DNA of 64,000 bases, from positions 161,002 through 225,001 of the forward strand of contig WVYN01000014.1 of NCBI GenBank assembly GCA_011772965.1. Direction: 5' to 3'. The stretch is from Gammaproteobacteria bacterium (GTDB taxonomy: Bacteria; Pseudomonadota; Gammaproteobacteria; Eutrophobiales; Eutrophobiaceae). Position numbers and translations under genes: made by a program. This document shows, piece by piece, positions 7,739-18,888 of the stretch; the first letter of the stretch is position 1; every line of letters begins with the position of its first letter. The notes below the pieces were generated by a model. The model worked only from the letters and a program-made list of their open reading frames with translations, was not told the origin of the DNA and searched no databases.

Positions 7739-10425
7739 TCTTTTTCCCCGTCTGTTATCGAATCTTTCTGTTTTTCATAAATGCGGCAAAATGAATGCAG
7801 ATCACACCTGATCCTGGTGCAGGTTGTATTGTCCTTGGGATCGACTCTGGCTATACCATGGCGAAAGTCACCGGCCAGCGAATCCAGCATTGTACGCCAT
7901 TGAATCAGCAGGTCAGGCCAATCCTTCACCGATTCCCTGGCCAGCTTCGATCCGTTAATGCTTTTTATACCTGGCAGCACGTTCTCATCATCTGACAGGC
8001 CACTAAACTTGATCTCACCCCTGCGTAGTTTGAGGAAGGCAACCGCGGCAACATCTCCATCGCTGTTAATTGCATACAGGGGCAACTGTGGTTCATCCGG
8101 ACGTTCACCCAGCCAGGCCGAGGCATTGGGTACAATAGAACCTGTCTTGTAATCGATAACAACCAGACGTCCGTCCTTTAATTGATCGACCCGGTCAATA
8201 CGCGTGATGATTTCGATATCATTGATCATGAATATATGTTTCAGCTCACATTCACTAACGGTAAACGCTTGTCTTTTCTTTTCGAGTTCAGCCAGTTCTA
8301 CCAGCAGAAGCTTTAGGCGGTTACATTCAATGTCGGTAAAGCGATCGGTAAACGTAAACGGCAACTGCTGTTGGTAACGTTTAACTATCCGCTTCACCAC
8401 AGCATCGACCACTTGTTCAAGTTGTGTAGCGGTCAATTGCAAAAGGTTTTCCAGACTGCCAGTCTCTCTCCAGAATTGTTCAACAACAGCATGTGCGATT
8501 GAGCCGCGTTCCAAGGCATCCAGCCCGATATCAGGAGACTTGAGACCTTCTGTCGCCAGCCGGTGGCGTGCAAATGCGCGGAAAGGACAGGCTGCCTGGT
8601 CCTTGAAAATGGCAGTTCCACCACTCAGCCTGACACCCTCAGGAATGGCCCGCACCTGATCATCAGGTAATGTTTCAATGCTTTTGCTGCCAAGCAAGTG
8701 ATTTGCATAGGATTTGAAAACAGGTATGTCAGGCGATGTCCCTGACAGATATTGCCGAATCAGGGCACTGGGTTGATAGACCTGATCTTTTTCCATCTCC
8801 GGGTAACTTAAAACAACCTCGGGTGACGAAGAGATTAACCGTTTCAGTAACATACTGGCGTGAACCAGAAAATTGCCGGGCGAGGCTGCGGGCAGGCCTA
8901 CGTCCCTCTGTAATGCTATCGGGATAAACGCATTGGGTACTTCCTGGCCGGGCCAGGCATTGTCATGCAGGTTCATGATCCAGAGATGGTCGAACTGCAT
9001 GCCGGCTGCACCATTGATACCCAGTATCTGTATGGAGGCCTCCCGGGTCTCGGGCTGGAATCGCTCGCTGGCCAGTAAGCTTCGCAATTGGCCCAGAGCG
9101 TCCTGATAAGTCATATCCTTACTGACGAGATCCAGCCTGGCCAGGTTATCCAGCGATGACTGCCACTCAAGCAGGGTCTGGTATTCATCACTGTCAAGCG
9201 ACCGTTCTCCTGGCCAGGCAAACAGCTCAAGTATTTGCGTAAAGAACTGCACCCATCTTGAAGGACTTTGCCGCGAGTCAGTGTTGGCAAACAGACGACC
9301 ACAGGCAAGGTAGGTCTCCAAAAAGATTGCTGGCACAATATCCGGGCTTAACTTCCCTCTTTCAATTAAAGTTTGCAGCTGTTGACGGGACACGTATGCC
9401 TCACAGGACTTGCGGATGGCTGCATCAAATTTTGCCCGGCACTGGCCTTCCTGCATTGATGCCTTTATGAAAGGTGAACGTAACAGTCTGCTGAATTCTT
9501 CCAGTTCTAGTGAGCACCTGCCCAGGGATAGGATCCGCAATGCTTCGACTATCATTGGGAAAGCGGATAAGGGACGTCCCAGGGAAACACTGAAACAGGA
9601 GGATTGCATGCCGGCGTTATCGAGAATGGTGCCGGGGTGCAGGACATCCTCAAATACGTTTTTAATTTCATGGGCCAGGTTGGCGAGCTTATTTACAACT
9701 ATACCAATACGCTGCCCCGGATTTTCCTCGAGCCGGGTCCGGGCCCAGCTGGCCGCGGTATACAACTCGGTGCGGTTGTCACGGAAAGCAAATGCCCGGG
9801 TCTCGATATTGCTCTGTTCAAGCGGTACTTCACGAATTTCACAGCCCTGCTCAGCCAGTCGCTGCAGGAGCTGGCATTGTTGCGGGGTGAGTTGATCGAA
9901 ACCGACCAGTGCCAGTTTCTCGGGACCTGGAATGAATTCATGCTGCATCGAGAGCAGTGTTGCCAATCCCGCCTGGTCAACCCAGTCCCGCTGTTCACAA
10001 ATTTTCCGGTACTCTTCTGACCAGAGCCGAAACGCATGGGCGTCATCATGGACATAGACTCCTTCCGGAAATATGGGGATCAGCCACTCATGGCATAACT
10101 GCCAGGATTGCATGGCCAGCCGGGCCGTTTGGCTCCGATTGAGCAGTCGCCTGCCATAGGGAGAGCGGTTGATAATGTCTGACCAGAGGTAGAGCTGCTG
10201 GGGTGTTGAGAGCAGCACCCGGTCGAGTTGCCGGGTAAAAACGAATTCCTTCCAGCAGCGTTGAAGCCAGCCCTGCCAGGGCAAGATATCCGGTGTCTGC
10301 CATGCTAACCTGCCCTGATCGGCCTGTTCCAATGCATACTGGTGTTGCAATGCACGGCTTAAACGGGTGGTAGGCGTGAGGAGACAATATCCTTGGTCCA
10401 GCAGCTGCCCTGATTCTTTATTCAT
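7735..10425 (-). CDS. addB: AddB-type double-strand-break repair protein (inactive helicase-like N-terminus, C-terminal PD-(D/E)XK nuclease with a 4-Cys Fe-S staple)
   Basis: The 896-aa protein has no Walker A motif. Its C-terminus has the VVIDYKTGS nuclease motif and the cysteines C..CTRIRCDLHSFC. It is translationally coupled to addA. Confidence 0.7.
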   Translation of the reverse strand: MNKESGQLLDQGYCLLTPTTRLSRALQHQYALEQADQGRLAWQTPDILPWQGWLQRCWKEFVFTRQLDRVLLSTPQQLYLWSDIINRSPYGRRLLNRSQTARLAMQSWQLCHEWLIPIFPEGVYVHDDAHAFRLWSEEYRKICEQRDWVDQAGLATLLSMQHEFIPGPEKLALVGFDQLTPQQCQLLQRLAEQGCEIREVPLEQSNIETRAFAFRDNRTELYTAASWARTRLEENPGQRIGIVVNKLANLAHEIKNVFEDVLHPGTILDNAGMQSSCFSVSLGRPLSAFPMIVEALRILSLGRCSLELEEFSRLLRSPFIKASMQEGQCRAKFDAAIRKSCEAYVSRQQLQTLIERGKLSPDIVPAIFLETYLACGRLFANTDSRQSPSRWVQFFTQILELFAWPGERSLDSDEYQTLLEWQSSLDNLARLDLVSKDMTYQDALGQLRSLLASERFQPETREASIQILGINGAAGMQFDHLWIMNLHDNAWPGQEVPNAFIPIALQRDVGLPAASPGNFLVHASMLLKRLISSSPEVVLSYPEMEKDQVYQPSALIRQYLSGTSPDIPVFKSYANHLLGSKSIETLPDDQVRAIPEGVRLSGGTAIFKDQAACPFRAFARHRLATEGLKSPDIGLDALERGSIAHAVVEQFWRETGSLENLLQLTATQLEQVVDAVVKRIVKRYQQQLPFTFTDRFTDIECNRLKLLLVELAELEKKRQAFTVSECELKHIFMINDIEIITRIDRVDQLKDGRLVVIDYKTGSIVPNASAWLGERPDEPQLPLYAINSDGDVAAVAFLKLRRGEIKFSGLSDDENVLPGIKSINGSKLARESVKDWPDLLIQWRTMLDSLAGDFRHGIARVDPKDNTTCTRIRCDLHSFCRIYEKQKDSITDGEKE

Positions 10426-10542
10426 ATCGTTGCAGCATTCTCATTAATAAAAGGACAACAGGCAACTCAATTTCCGGACATTGGCAGAGGGAACCCATGG
10501 TGATAGCCTTTATCCCAGTAACGATAATAATGACAATCACAG

Positions 10543-11541
10543 ATGCTCAACCCCAGACTAGAAACAGAAATAGCCAGGCCGCCCGCCTGTATACCTGTAT
10601 CACCCGCAAAAGTGGTTCCGGATATCATTGATGATGCAAGAGAAGGCCTGTTGTTCCCGCCACGGAGCCTGCCACCAAAGTATTTCTATGACGAAAAAGG
10701 TTCTCAATTATTCACCAAGATCTGTGAAACGGATGAATATTATCCCACTCGCACGGAGGACGGGCTGCTGGCAAGAAATGCCGGGAATATTATTGCCATT
10801 TCCAGGCCGGCTCAAATAATCGAGCTGGGAAGTGGCAATTCCGGGAAAACCCGGCGCCTGTTTAACGCCTGTGAACAGATTGATCATACCTGCAGTTATG
10901 CTCCTTTCGATGTCTGCGCCCCGATGCTGGAAGACACTGCAGGACAATTACAAACCGAATATGAATGGCTCAAGGTGACACCATTGCTGGGCGACTACCA
11001 CGCTGGACTGGATCACCTGCCAGGATTCAATGAGAGGCGACTTTTTGTTTTTCTCGGTAGTACCATCGGAAATTTTAAACCGGCCGAAGCCAGGGCATTC
11101 ATTCGTGAAATTACAGATGCCATGGCTCCAGGTGATTACCTGCTGCTCGGTATAGACAGAGTCAAGGACGTGCAGGTATTGAATGACGCCTACAATGATA
11201 GCGGTGGAATGACGGCAGCATTTAACCTGAATCTACTAAACGTACTGAACAGAGAGCTGGATGCTGATTTTGATCTGAGCCATTTCAATCACCATGCAAG
11301 TTATCAATCCAGACATTCACGCGTAGAGATGAAACTTGTGTGTGATACGTTACATGAAATACAACTCAAGAAAATTGATGAGGTGATTGAATTGTACCCC
11401 GGTGATGAAATCCTCACGGAACTGAGTCACAAATTTACCTACGGGCAAGCAGAAGAATTACTGTCTGATTGCGGGCTGGATATTGTCTCACATTACGAAC
11501 CGGAAAATCGTTACTTTTCAGTCATTCTGGCAAGGTTCTGA
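10543..11541 (+). CDS. EgtD-family SAM-dependent N-methyltransferase (L-histidine N-alpha-methyltransferase homolog)
   Basis: The motifs LPPKYFYDEKGSQLF, EYYPTRTE, ELGSGNSGKTRRL and LGSTIGNF align along the full length with EgtD. No egtB lies nearby. Confidence 0.7.
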   Translation: MLNPRLETEIARPPACIPVSPAKVVPDIIDDAREGLLFPPRSLPPKYFYDEKGSQLFTKICETDEYYPTRTEDGLLARNAGNIIAISRPAQIIELGSGNSGKTRRLFNACEQIDHTCSYAPFDVCAPMLEDTAGQLQTEYEWLKVTPLLGDYHAGLDHLPGFNERRLFVFLGSTIGNFKPAEARAFIREITDAMAPGDYLLLGIDRVKDVQVLNDAYNDSGGMTAAFNLNLLNVLNRELDADFDLSHFNHHASYQSRHSRVEMKLVCDTLHEIQLKKIDEVIELYPGDEILTELSHKFTYGQAEELLSDCGLDIVSHYEPENRYFSVILARF

Positions 11542-11566
11542 AACAGCCAGCAGCCAGGGATAGAAC

Positions 11567-11974
11567 ATGACGAAAATTAGTAAAAGTGATCAGGAATGGA
11601 AACAAAATCTGACTGAGGAGCAATACAAAATTGCCCGAAAGAAAGGGACCGAGCGGCCTTTTACTGGTAAATATTATACTTGCTCCAAAAAAGGTACCTA
11701 TCTTTGCAGTTGCTGTGGAAATCCCTTATTCAGTTCTGACACCAAATACGATTCTGGCAGCGGCTGGCCGAGTTTTTATGAGCCCATGTCAATACAATCT
11801 ATTGATACCCGGTTTGATGGCAGTTTCGGTATGCGTCGGGTTGAGGTGACATGCAAAAAATGTGACGCACATCTCGGTCACGTTTTTGAAGATGGCCCGG
11901 ACCCAACCGGATTAAGGTATTGCATCAATTCGATATCACTGAACCTGAAGGAAGATAACGGGAAAACCAATTGA
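11567..11974 (+). CDS. msrB: Peptide-methionine (R)-S-oxide reductase MsrB (cytoplasmic, Zn-binding 2xCxxC type)
   Basis: It has the SelR motifs GWPSF and RxEVxCxxCxxHLGHVFxDGP plus two CxxC pairs. The protein is 135 aa. Confidence 0.85.
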   Translation: MTKISKSDQEWKQNLTEEQYKIARKKGTERPFTGKYYTCSKKGTYLCSCCGNPLFSSDTKYDSGSGWPSFYEPMSIQSIDTRFDGSFGMRRVEVTCKKCDAHLGHVFEDGPDPTGLRYCINSISLNLKEDNGKTN

Positions 11975-12005
11975 GGATGGATATCCTGTCAGCTATGATT
12001 AGCTG

Positions 12006-12908
12006 GTGAGTAAAATTACCGATTCTGAGTGGATATTCGGGGCCATCTTCCTTCTGGCCTTTGGTTTCTTTGCGTATATTGATTTCTACCTTGCAAACGA
12101 AATCACAACATCCATATCCTATGTTTCCTTGTTAGGGTTTGGTCTGCTGGCACACTCAAAAAGATTAACACTGATCATTGGTTTGACCGGTATCCTGGCA
12201 ACAATGGCTGGAATGTATTTCATTCCTTCTGAGCTGGTGGATACTACCAACCGTCAGCTGGTCATTATTGCTATTTTCACCATTACCATCACCAGTCACA
12301 TCTTCATGGAAAGGCAACAGGCCTTTGAACATAGCCTGTTCAAGATTGCCAGTACCGATTCATTGACCGGTATCGCCAATCGGAGAAGTTTGATCAACGA
12401 TATCGAACAACGATTGTCAGAGTCTCTGAGATATAAAAAAGATCTGTCATTATTATTGTTCGATCTGGACAACTTCAAAACCATCAATGACAAGTTTGGC
12501 CATCTTGCAGGTGATGAAATCCTCAAGAAAATTACGGAAATTTGTCAAAAGTGGCTTCGTACCACGGATGTGATCGGTCGTTTTGGCGGGGAAGAATTCA
12601 TGGTTATATGTCCCAATACTCCGCTCAGCGGCGCATTGACACTGGCAGACAGAATCAGGGTGGCTGTGCAAAATGCAGCTTTTCGCTTTGAAAATGACAT
12701 CATTAAGATCACTGTTAGTATCGGGGTGACTGAGCTCAGAACCCACCTAAATAAAGGTTCACAATCCTCTATCAAGATGCAGTTATCCCACCACCTGATT
12801 GATGCAGCAGATACTGCACTCTATAACGCCAAGTCGGCAGGTAAAAATTGTGTCGTTGCCTTTGATCCTGACCATGACAAGGTTACTGAAGAAACAGTGA
12901 CTGTCTGA
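12006..12908 (+). CDS. Membrane-anchored diguanylate cyclase (GGDEF domain)
   Basis: N-terminal TM helices precede a GGDEF domain containing RFGGEEF with an intact GGEEF active site. Confidence 0.75.
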   Translation: MSKITDSEWIFGAIFLLAFGFFAYIDFYLANEITTSISYVSLLGFGLLAHSKRLTLIIGLTGILATMAGMYFIPSELVDTTNRQLVIIAIFTITITSHIFMERQQAFEHSLFKIASTDSLTGIANRRSLINDIEQRLSESLRYKKDLSLLLFDLDNFKTINDKFGHLAGDEILKKITEICQKWLRTTDVIGRFGGEEFMVICPNTPLSGALTLADRIRVAVQNAAFRFENDIIKITVSIGVTELRTHLNKGSQSSIKMQLSHHLIDAADTALYNAKSAGKNCVVAFDPDHDKVTEETVTV

Positions 12909-12913
12909 GCCTC

Positions 12914-13492
12914 TTAACTGTTTATAAAATCAAGTAATGCCTTGTCTGCAAGCAGGTTTCCCAGTGCAATTGCCATTGCTTCATTAACCAGTTCTTCATT
13001 TTTCTCCATTGAAGGTGTCTTTACAATATCCTTTGTGCGCGATACTTGGTACTTACGCCTGAACTGCTGGTTATTCTTCTGGCAGATCCCCTGAAGTTCG
13101 ATATCAATCTTTATCTGGTTAAGAACATTATCTTTTATAACCATGTATTGAATCTTTATTGTGTTGACTGTCAAATAGATATCAGCCTCGCCACTCCCCA
13201 TAACACTGAAGCCCATGCGCACAAATGCATCTGATAATTTTCTTCGCAAGGTAGCTGTCATGTCGTCATCAGTACGGATATGGGAGGTATCTTTGTAGAT
13301 CCCTCCCCTTTGTCCGATGATATTCGTGCTTCTTGGATCACTGACATCTATACTCATACGAAGCGAAGTTTCGGTCATGGTTGAGCTCTCCATGGACAGC
13401 TCGGGGTTCACGACAACTATTTGTGGACTCAGGGCACAGGCACTTAATACCAGTAATGCGGATGTTAGTAACAGTAATTGTCTTGTCTTCAT
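12914..13492 (-). CDS. Hypothetical lipoprotein
   Basis: A signal peptide carries the lipobox LLVLSAC. The start is taken at MKTRQ. Confidence 0.45.
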   Translation of the reverse strand: MKTRQLLLLTSALLVLSACALSPQIVVVNPELSMESSTMTETSLRMSIDVSDPRSTNIIGQRGGIYKDTSHIRTDDDMTATLRRKLSDAFVRMGFSVMGSGEADIYLTVNTIKIQYMVIKDNVLNQIKIDIELQGICQKNNQQFRRKYQVSRTKDIVKTPSMEKNEELVNEAMAIALGNLLADKALLDFINS

Positions 13493-13527
13493 AATCTCTC
13501 CGTTCAAAAAATTGATGTCATATAAAC

Positions 13528-14925
13528 CTAATCATTCATTAATGGTTCAAACCAGGCGAGTTTTTCATGGAGTTTGACCACCTCGCCGATAATGATCATG
13601 CTCGGGGGTTTAATATCGTGTTTTTCCGGTATGGTCGACAGATTTTTCAGGGTACTTATATACTCGCGTTGCTGCCTGGTCGTAGCCTGCTGGATTATAG
13701 CGGCAGGGGTTTCTGGTGACATGCCCCGGGCAATCAATTCCGTGGACAATATATCGATACCGTGGGTTCCCATGTATACCGCGATAGTTTGCCTAGGTTG
13801 CACCAGGGCATCCCAGTTCAGATCCATGTTGCCATCTTTCAGGTGTCCCGTTACGAAAATGCAGGAATGGGCATAGTCACGATGAGTCAGGGGTATACCG
13901 GCGTAGGATGCACAACCGGCAGCAGCAGTAATTCCCGGGACGACCTGGAAAGGAATTCCCTCAGCTGACAGGTTCTCGATTTCTTCTCCTCCCCGTCCAA
14001 AGATGAAGGGATCACCCCCCTTGAGCCGCAGTACGCGTTTGCCCTCGCGGGCCAACCTGACCAACAAATCATTGATGTCACCCTGGGGCAAGGCGTGCTG
14101 ATCACGTTGTTTTCCTACATAAATTCGCTCGGCATCCTTGCGCACCAGATCAAGGATCTGAGGAGCAACGAGTCGATCATAAAGCACCACGTCTGCCTGT
14201 TGCATCAGCCTCAAGGCCCGGAAGGTAAGTAGATCCGGATCACCTGGACCGCCGCCGACGAGGTATACTTCTCCGACAGTACTGGCCGTTCCGGAATCAT
14301 CATTCAGTTGCTGTTCAATCGCCTTCAATGCCAGTTTGTCACGACCGGCAAACAACATTTCGGCGATCGGCCCGTGCAGAATCTTTTCCCAGAAACGCCG
14401 GCGTTCACGCTGATCGGGATAGCGTTGCCTAACCCGTTGTCTGGAACTGGCCATCAATTCGGCAAGATGTCCAAAAGTTGCCGGTATCAGGGTTTCAAGT
14501 CGGGCCCGCAAGAGCCGGGCAAGAACCGGCGACGCACCACCTGTAGAAACTGCGATCTGCACCGGTGCACGGTCAATGATGGAAGGCATGATAAAAGTAC
14601 ACAGAGCCGGGTCATCCACCACATTAACCGGCACTTTCCGTTTGTTACACAGTTCAGATATCGAGCGGTTGATGGAGCGGTCGTTGGTTGCAGCAATCAC
14701 CAGAACCATGCCCTGCAAATAGTTCTCGGTAAACCGGGTATTAATATGTAGCAACTTCTTGTCTTCAGCGAGCTCATTGAGTGAACTGGTTAACTCAGGA
14801 GACACAACCGTGACCTTTGCCCCGGCCTTGAGTAATTGCATGACTTTTCGATCGGCGATTTCACCACCTCCCACAACCAGACACGGCTCTTTATCAAGCT
14901 TGAGAAAAATAGGAAAAAGATTCAT
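13528..14925 (-). CDS. cysG: Siroheme synthase (precorrin-2 dehydrogenase/sirohydrochlorin ferrochelatase fused to uroporphyrinogen-III C-methyltransferase)
   Basis: The N-terminus has an LVVGGGEIA Rossmann motif. The C-terminus has VYLVGGGPGDPDLLT and GGDPFIFGRGGEE methyltransferase motifs. It is 465 aa. Confidence 0.85.
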   Translation of the reverse strand: MNLFPIFLKLDKEPCLVVGGGEIADRKVMQLLKAGAKVTVVSPELTSSLNELAEDKKLLHINTRFTENYLQGMVLVIAATNDRSINRSISELCNKRKVPVNVVDDPALCTFIMPSIIDRAPVQIAVSTGGASPVLARLLRARLETLIPATFGHLAELMASSRQRVRQRYPDQRERRRFWEKILHGPIAEMLFAGRDKLALKAIEQQLNDDSGTASTVGEVYLVGGGPGDPDLLTFRALRLMQQADVVLYDRLVAPQILDLVRKDAERIYVGKQRDQHALPQGDINDLLVRLAREGKRVLRLKGGDPFIFGRGGEEIENLSAEGIPFQVVPGITAAAGCASYAGIPLTHRDYAHSCIFVTGHLKDGNMDLNWDALVQPRQTIAVYMGTHGIDILSTELIARGMSPETPAAIIQQATTRQQREYISTLKNLSTIPEKHDIKPPSMIIIGEVVKLHEKLAWFEPLMND

Positions 14926-14995
14926 TGCCTGAAGGTTATGAATATAAAGAGAGAGTCAATGCAGTAACCAACAAATTGAATAACTGCAATGGTTG

Positions 14996-15562
14996 TCATG
15001 TTTTGGGCAAAGTAACCCCGGTTTGACCCTGATACTTGCCACCCCGGTCCTTGTAAGAGACCTTACAAACCTCATCCGACTCTAAGAAGATCATTTGGGC
15101 GATACCTTCATTAGCATAGATCTTTGCAGGAAGTGGTGTTGTATTTGAAAACTCAAGAGTAACATGTCCTTCCCACTCGGGTTCAAGCGGTGTGACATTT
15201 ACAATGATACCGCAACGCGCATAGGTAGACTTACCAAGACATATTGTTAACACATTGCGCGGGATTCGAAAATATTCCACCGTGCGTGCGAGAGCGAATG
15301 AGTTTGGCGGGATAATACAGATATCACCTTTGAAATTAACAAACGATTTTTCATCAAAGGCCTTGGGATCGACTACGCTGCTGTTTATGTTGGTGAAAAT
15401 CTTGAATTCATCCGCACAACGAACATCATAACCATAACTGGATGTACCATAGGATATTAGCCTGTCAGATCCGTTATGCTTTACCTGCTCTGCTGAAAAA
15501 GGTTCAATCAGGCCACTCTCTTCCGCCATCCGCCGGATCCACTTGTCGGATTTTATACTCAT
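14996..15562 (-). CDS. dcd: dCTP deaminase
   Basis: The 188-aa protein starts [15 protein letters not shown] and aligns globally with Dcd. Confidence 0.8.
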   Translation of the reverse strand: MSIKSDKWIRRMAEESGLIEPFSAEQVKHNGSDRLISYGTSSYGYDVRCADEFKIFTNINSSVVDPKAFDEKSFVNFKGDICIIPPNSFALARTVEYFRIPRNVLTICLGKSTYARCGIIVNVTPLEPEWEGHVTLEFSNTTPLPAKIYANEGIAQMIFLESDEVCKVSYKDRGGKYQGQTGVTLPKT

Positions 15563-15576
15563 TGCTGGCTTGCCGG

Positions 15577-16710
15577 TTAATTTTTGTCTACGACGATCTT
15601 GGGGAAAACATGGCTGTAGTCTTTGGCCTGTAGGGCAAGTTTGGCAGCAGCCTTGCGGGCAATTTCCCGGTACGTCAGGGAAATGACTGAGTCAGGTGCC
15701 AAGGCAACAGTTGGCTTGCCACTGTCCACGCCTTCCCTGATAGAAATGTCCAGTGGCAGACTGCCAAGCAGATCAACACCATACTGTGCAGCCATTTGTT
15801 CTCCGCCGCCGGCACCAAAGATATGTTCTTCATGACCACATTGGCTACAAATATGCGTGCTCATGTTTTCCACGATCCCGAGTACAGAGACTTCCACCTT
15901 CTCAAACATCTTCAGGGCCTTCTTGGCATCCAGCAGGGCAATGTCTTGTGGTGTCGTTACAATGATTGCACCACTGACCGGGATCTTCTGGCACAGGGTC
16001 AACTGGATGTCACCCGTACCCGGTGGCAGGTCGATCACCAGGTAATCCAGGTCGACCCAGTTGGTATCATTCAGCAGTTGTTCAAGTGCCGAAGTAACCA
16101 TGGGTCCACGCCAGATCATGGGCGTGTCCTCTTCAATCAAATAGCCTATGGACATACTCTGCAGTCCGTAACTGATATTCGGCTCCACGGTCTTGCCGTC
16201 CTTGGTATCCGGTTTACCATGACAACCAAGCATTCGCGGCTGGCTGGGACCATAAATATCGGCATCCAGTATCCCCACCTTTGCACCCTCGGCCTGCAAG
16301 GCCAGTGCAAGATTTACAGCGGTCGTGGACTTGCCGACGCCACCCTTGCCGGAGGCAACGGCAATCGTGTTCTTGATGTTGGGCAGCACCTGCACACCCT
16401 TCTGTACGGAATGGGCAATGATGTGGCTGGAAATTGAGATTCTGGCGCCACTGATATCAAAATCTTCCTGCAATTTTGAGTTGATAATCTCTTTGAATTT
16501 CTCGTGGTAACCCTTCGCCGGGTAACCAAGCTCTATGCTTATTTCCGGTGTCCCATCATGTTTGACTGACTTGATGGCATGGGAGCTGGCGAGGTCCTCC
16601 CCCGTGTAGAGATCCACGATCTGCCCCAGGCTGGACTCAATGATATCGGGGGTTAATTCAGACATAGTCTGGAGTTTGCTCCGGCTTTGATAATCCAGGC
16701 ATCTTAACAT
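15577..16710 (-). CDS. apbC: Fe-S cluster carrier ATPase ApbC/Mrp
   Basis: It has the deviant Walker [20 protein letters not shown], a CxxC motif (CSQCG) and an N-terminal DUF59-like region. It lies divergent to metG as in enterobacteria. Confidence 0.8.
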   Translation of the reverse strand: MLRCLDYQSRSKLQTMSELTPDIIESSLGQIVDLYTGEDLASSHAIKSVKHDGTPEISIELGYPAKGYHEKFKEIINSKLQEDFDISGARISISSHIIAHSVQKGVQVLPNIKNTIAVASGKGGVGKSTTAVNLALALQAEGAKVGILDADIYGPSQPRMLGCHGKPDTKDGKTVEPNISYGLQSMSIGYLIEEDTPMIWRGPMVTSALEQLLNDTNWVDLDYLVIDLPPGTGDIQLTLCQKIPVSGAIIVTTPQDIALLDAKKALKMFEKVEVSVLGIVENMSTHICSQCGHEEHIFGAGGGEQMAAQYGVDLLGSLPLDISIREGVDSGKPTVALAPDSVISLTYREIARKAAAKLALQAKDYSHVFPKIVVDKN

Positions 16711-16839
16711 AAGGCAGGCTTCTGTCAGAGCCCCGCTTACGGCCGTTTTCCAGTGTCAGGTTGCCGGTACCGACAAAATTTTGTTCTGGCGATACCTGAC
16801 GTGTTAACTTATTGCGCTTTTCAGAGCCTGAATAAGTCT

Positions 16840-18879
16840 ATGCCCGAGCAACCACGAAAGATGCTGGTAACCAGCGCCCTGCCCTATGCCAATGGCCCTA
16901 TCCATATTGGCCACCTGGTTGAGTATATCCAGACGGATATCTGGGTTCGCTTCCAGAAAATGCGCGGGCATGAATGCTACTATGTCTGTGCCGACGATGC
17001 CCACGGAACACCAATCATGCTGCGTGCCCAGCAGGAAGGGATCTCGCCCGAGACCCTGATTGCCAGGGTCAAAAAGGAACACGAGGAGGACTTTGCCCGT
17101 TTCGCTGTTGCCTTCGACAATTACCACACCACGCATTCCGATGAAAACCGTGAATTATCGGAACTTATTTATGAGCGATTATTGGCAGGGGGTCATATCT
17201 CAAGGCGAATAATAAAGCAGGCCTATGACCCGGCCAAAAATATATTTTTGCCTGACCGCTTCATTCGTGGTGCATGTCCGAAGTGTGGTGCCGCTGACCA
17301 GTATGGCGACAGTTGTGAGGTTTGCGGCGCAACCTATTCACCAACAGAACTCAAAAACCCGGTTTCTGCAATCTCCGGTGTCACACCTGTAGAAAAGGAG
17401 TCAGAACATTACTTTTTTAAACTGGCAGATTTCGAATCCAGTCTGAAGGATTGGACCCGGGGGGGACATTTACAGGAGGAAGTCAGTAATAAACTGGATG
17501 AATGGTTTGATACCGGCCTGCAGGAGTGGGACATCTCGCGGGATGAACCCTATTTTGGCTTTCGGATTCCGGGTACTAAAGACAAGTATTTTTATGTCTG
17601 GCTGGATGCCCCAATCGGCTACCTGGCGAGTTTTAAAAACCTGTGTGATCGCAGCAGTCTCAAGTTTGATGAGTTTTTCCTGAAGGAAAGCTCTACCGAG
17701 CTCTATCACTTTATAGGTAAGGACATCATTTATTTCCATGCCTTGTTCTGGCCGGCCATGCTGGAGGGCAGTAAGCTCAGAACACCCACAGCGATTTTTG
17801 CGCATGGCTTTTTGACCATACACGGCCAGAAAATGTCCAAGTCTCGTGGTACCTTTATTATGGCGAAGACCTATCTGGACCACCTGGATCCACAATACCT
17901 GCGTTACTACTTTGCTGCGAAGCTGGGCAGCGGAATCGATGATATCGATCTGAGCTTTGATGATTTCAGTTTCCGGGTAAATTCTGATCTGGTTGGCAAG
18001 GTGGTCAATATTGCCAGTCGCTGTGCCGGTTTTATTAACAAGCGATTTGAGGGCAAACTTTCAGTCGAGAATCATAATCCGGAATTGCTTGAAAGCTTTA
18101 TTGGCGCCGGTGAAAAAATTGCGATGCTATATAAGTCTCGTGAATACGCAAGGGCAATGCGAGAAATTATGGCCCTTGCCGACAAGGCTAATCAGTACAT
18201 TGATGAACACAAACCCTGGGTCATAGCCAAAGACCCGGCACGTGAAGCGGAACTGCAGTCAATTTGCAGTATGGGGATAAACTTATTCAGATACCTGCTG
18301 CTCTTTCTGAAGCCAGTACTTCCGGTAATGGCGGAACAAGGTGAGGCATTTCTTGGCATCAAGCCATTAAAATGGAAGGATATTGACTATCCGTTGTATG
18401 ATCACACCATTAACCCTTTCAAACCGCTGATGCAGCGTGTGGACAAGGAGAAAATACAAGCCATGATTGATTCAAGCAAAGATGACCTGTTAAAGAACTC
18501 CGCTGACAAAGCCAATTCTGACTCCGGTTCTTTGGTCAAAAACGCGATTGCAGATGAAATTACAATTGATGATTTTGCAAAGATTGATTTACGGGTAGCA
18601 AAGATCACCAGGGCAGAATACGTTGAAGGGGCCGACAAACTCCTCCGCTTGACCCTGGATATCGGTGAAGAAACCCGTAATGTCTTTGCCGGAATAAGGT
18701 CAGCCTACCAACCTGAAGACCTGGAAGGTAAACTGACAGTTATGGTTGTCAATCTTGCACCACGAAAAATGCGCTTTGGTATATCCGAGGGCATGGTGCT
18801 GGCTGCAGGGCCCGGTGGAGAGGATCTGTATATTCTCAGCCCGGATTCAGGCGCAATTCCCGGGATGAAAGTAAAATGA
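16840..18879 (+). CDS. metG: Methionine--tRNA ligase
   Basis: It has the HIGH motif (PIHIGHL) and KMSKS, a Zn knuckle CPKCG...CEVCG, and a C-terminal tRNA-binding EMAP domain. The start is moved to the MPEQPRK methionine, after which the protein aligns with MetG. Confidence 0.85.
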   Translation: MPEQPRKMLVTSALPYANGPIHIGHLVEYIQTDIWVRFQKMRGHECYYVCADDAHGTPIMLRAQQEGISPETLIARVKKEHEEDFARFAVAFDNYHTTHSDENRELSELIYERLLAGGHISRRIIKQAYDPAKNIFLPDRFIRGACPKCGAADQYGDSCEVCGATYSPTELKNPVSAISGVTPVEKESEHYFFKLADFESSLKDWTRGGHLQEEVSNKLDEWFDTGLQEWDISRDEPYFGFRIPGTKDKYFYVWLDAPIGYLASFKNLCDRSSLKFDEFFLKESSTELYHFIGKDIIYFHALFWPAMLEGSKLRTPTAIFAHGFLTIHGQKMSKSRGTFIMAKTYLDHLDPQYLRYYFAAKLGSGIDDIDLSFDDFSFRVNSDLVGKVVNIASRCAGFINKRFEGKLSVENHNPELLESFIGAGEKIAMLYKSREYARAMREIMALADKANQYIDEHKPWVIAKDPAREAELQSICSMGINLFRYLLLFLKPVLPVMAEQGEAFLGIKPLKWKDIDYPLYDHTINPFKPLMQRVDKEKIQAMIDSSKDDLLKNSADKANSDSGSLVKNAIADEITIDDFAKIDLRVAKITRAEYVEGADKLLRLTLDIGEETRNVFAGIRSAYQPEDLEGKLTVMVVNLAPRKMRFGISEGMVLAAGPGGEDLYILSPDSGAIPGMKVK

Positions 18880-18888
18880 CCGGGCCAA

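Noticed and set aside
16753-16839. Upstream start for metG at 16753
   Set aside because: The extra 29 residues ([16 protein letters not shown]...) have no counterpart in MetG and run into the apbC/metG divergent promoter region. MetG alignment begins at MPEQPRK (16840).
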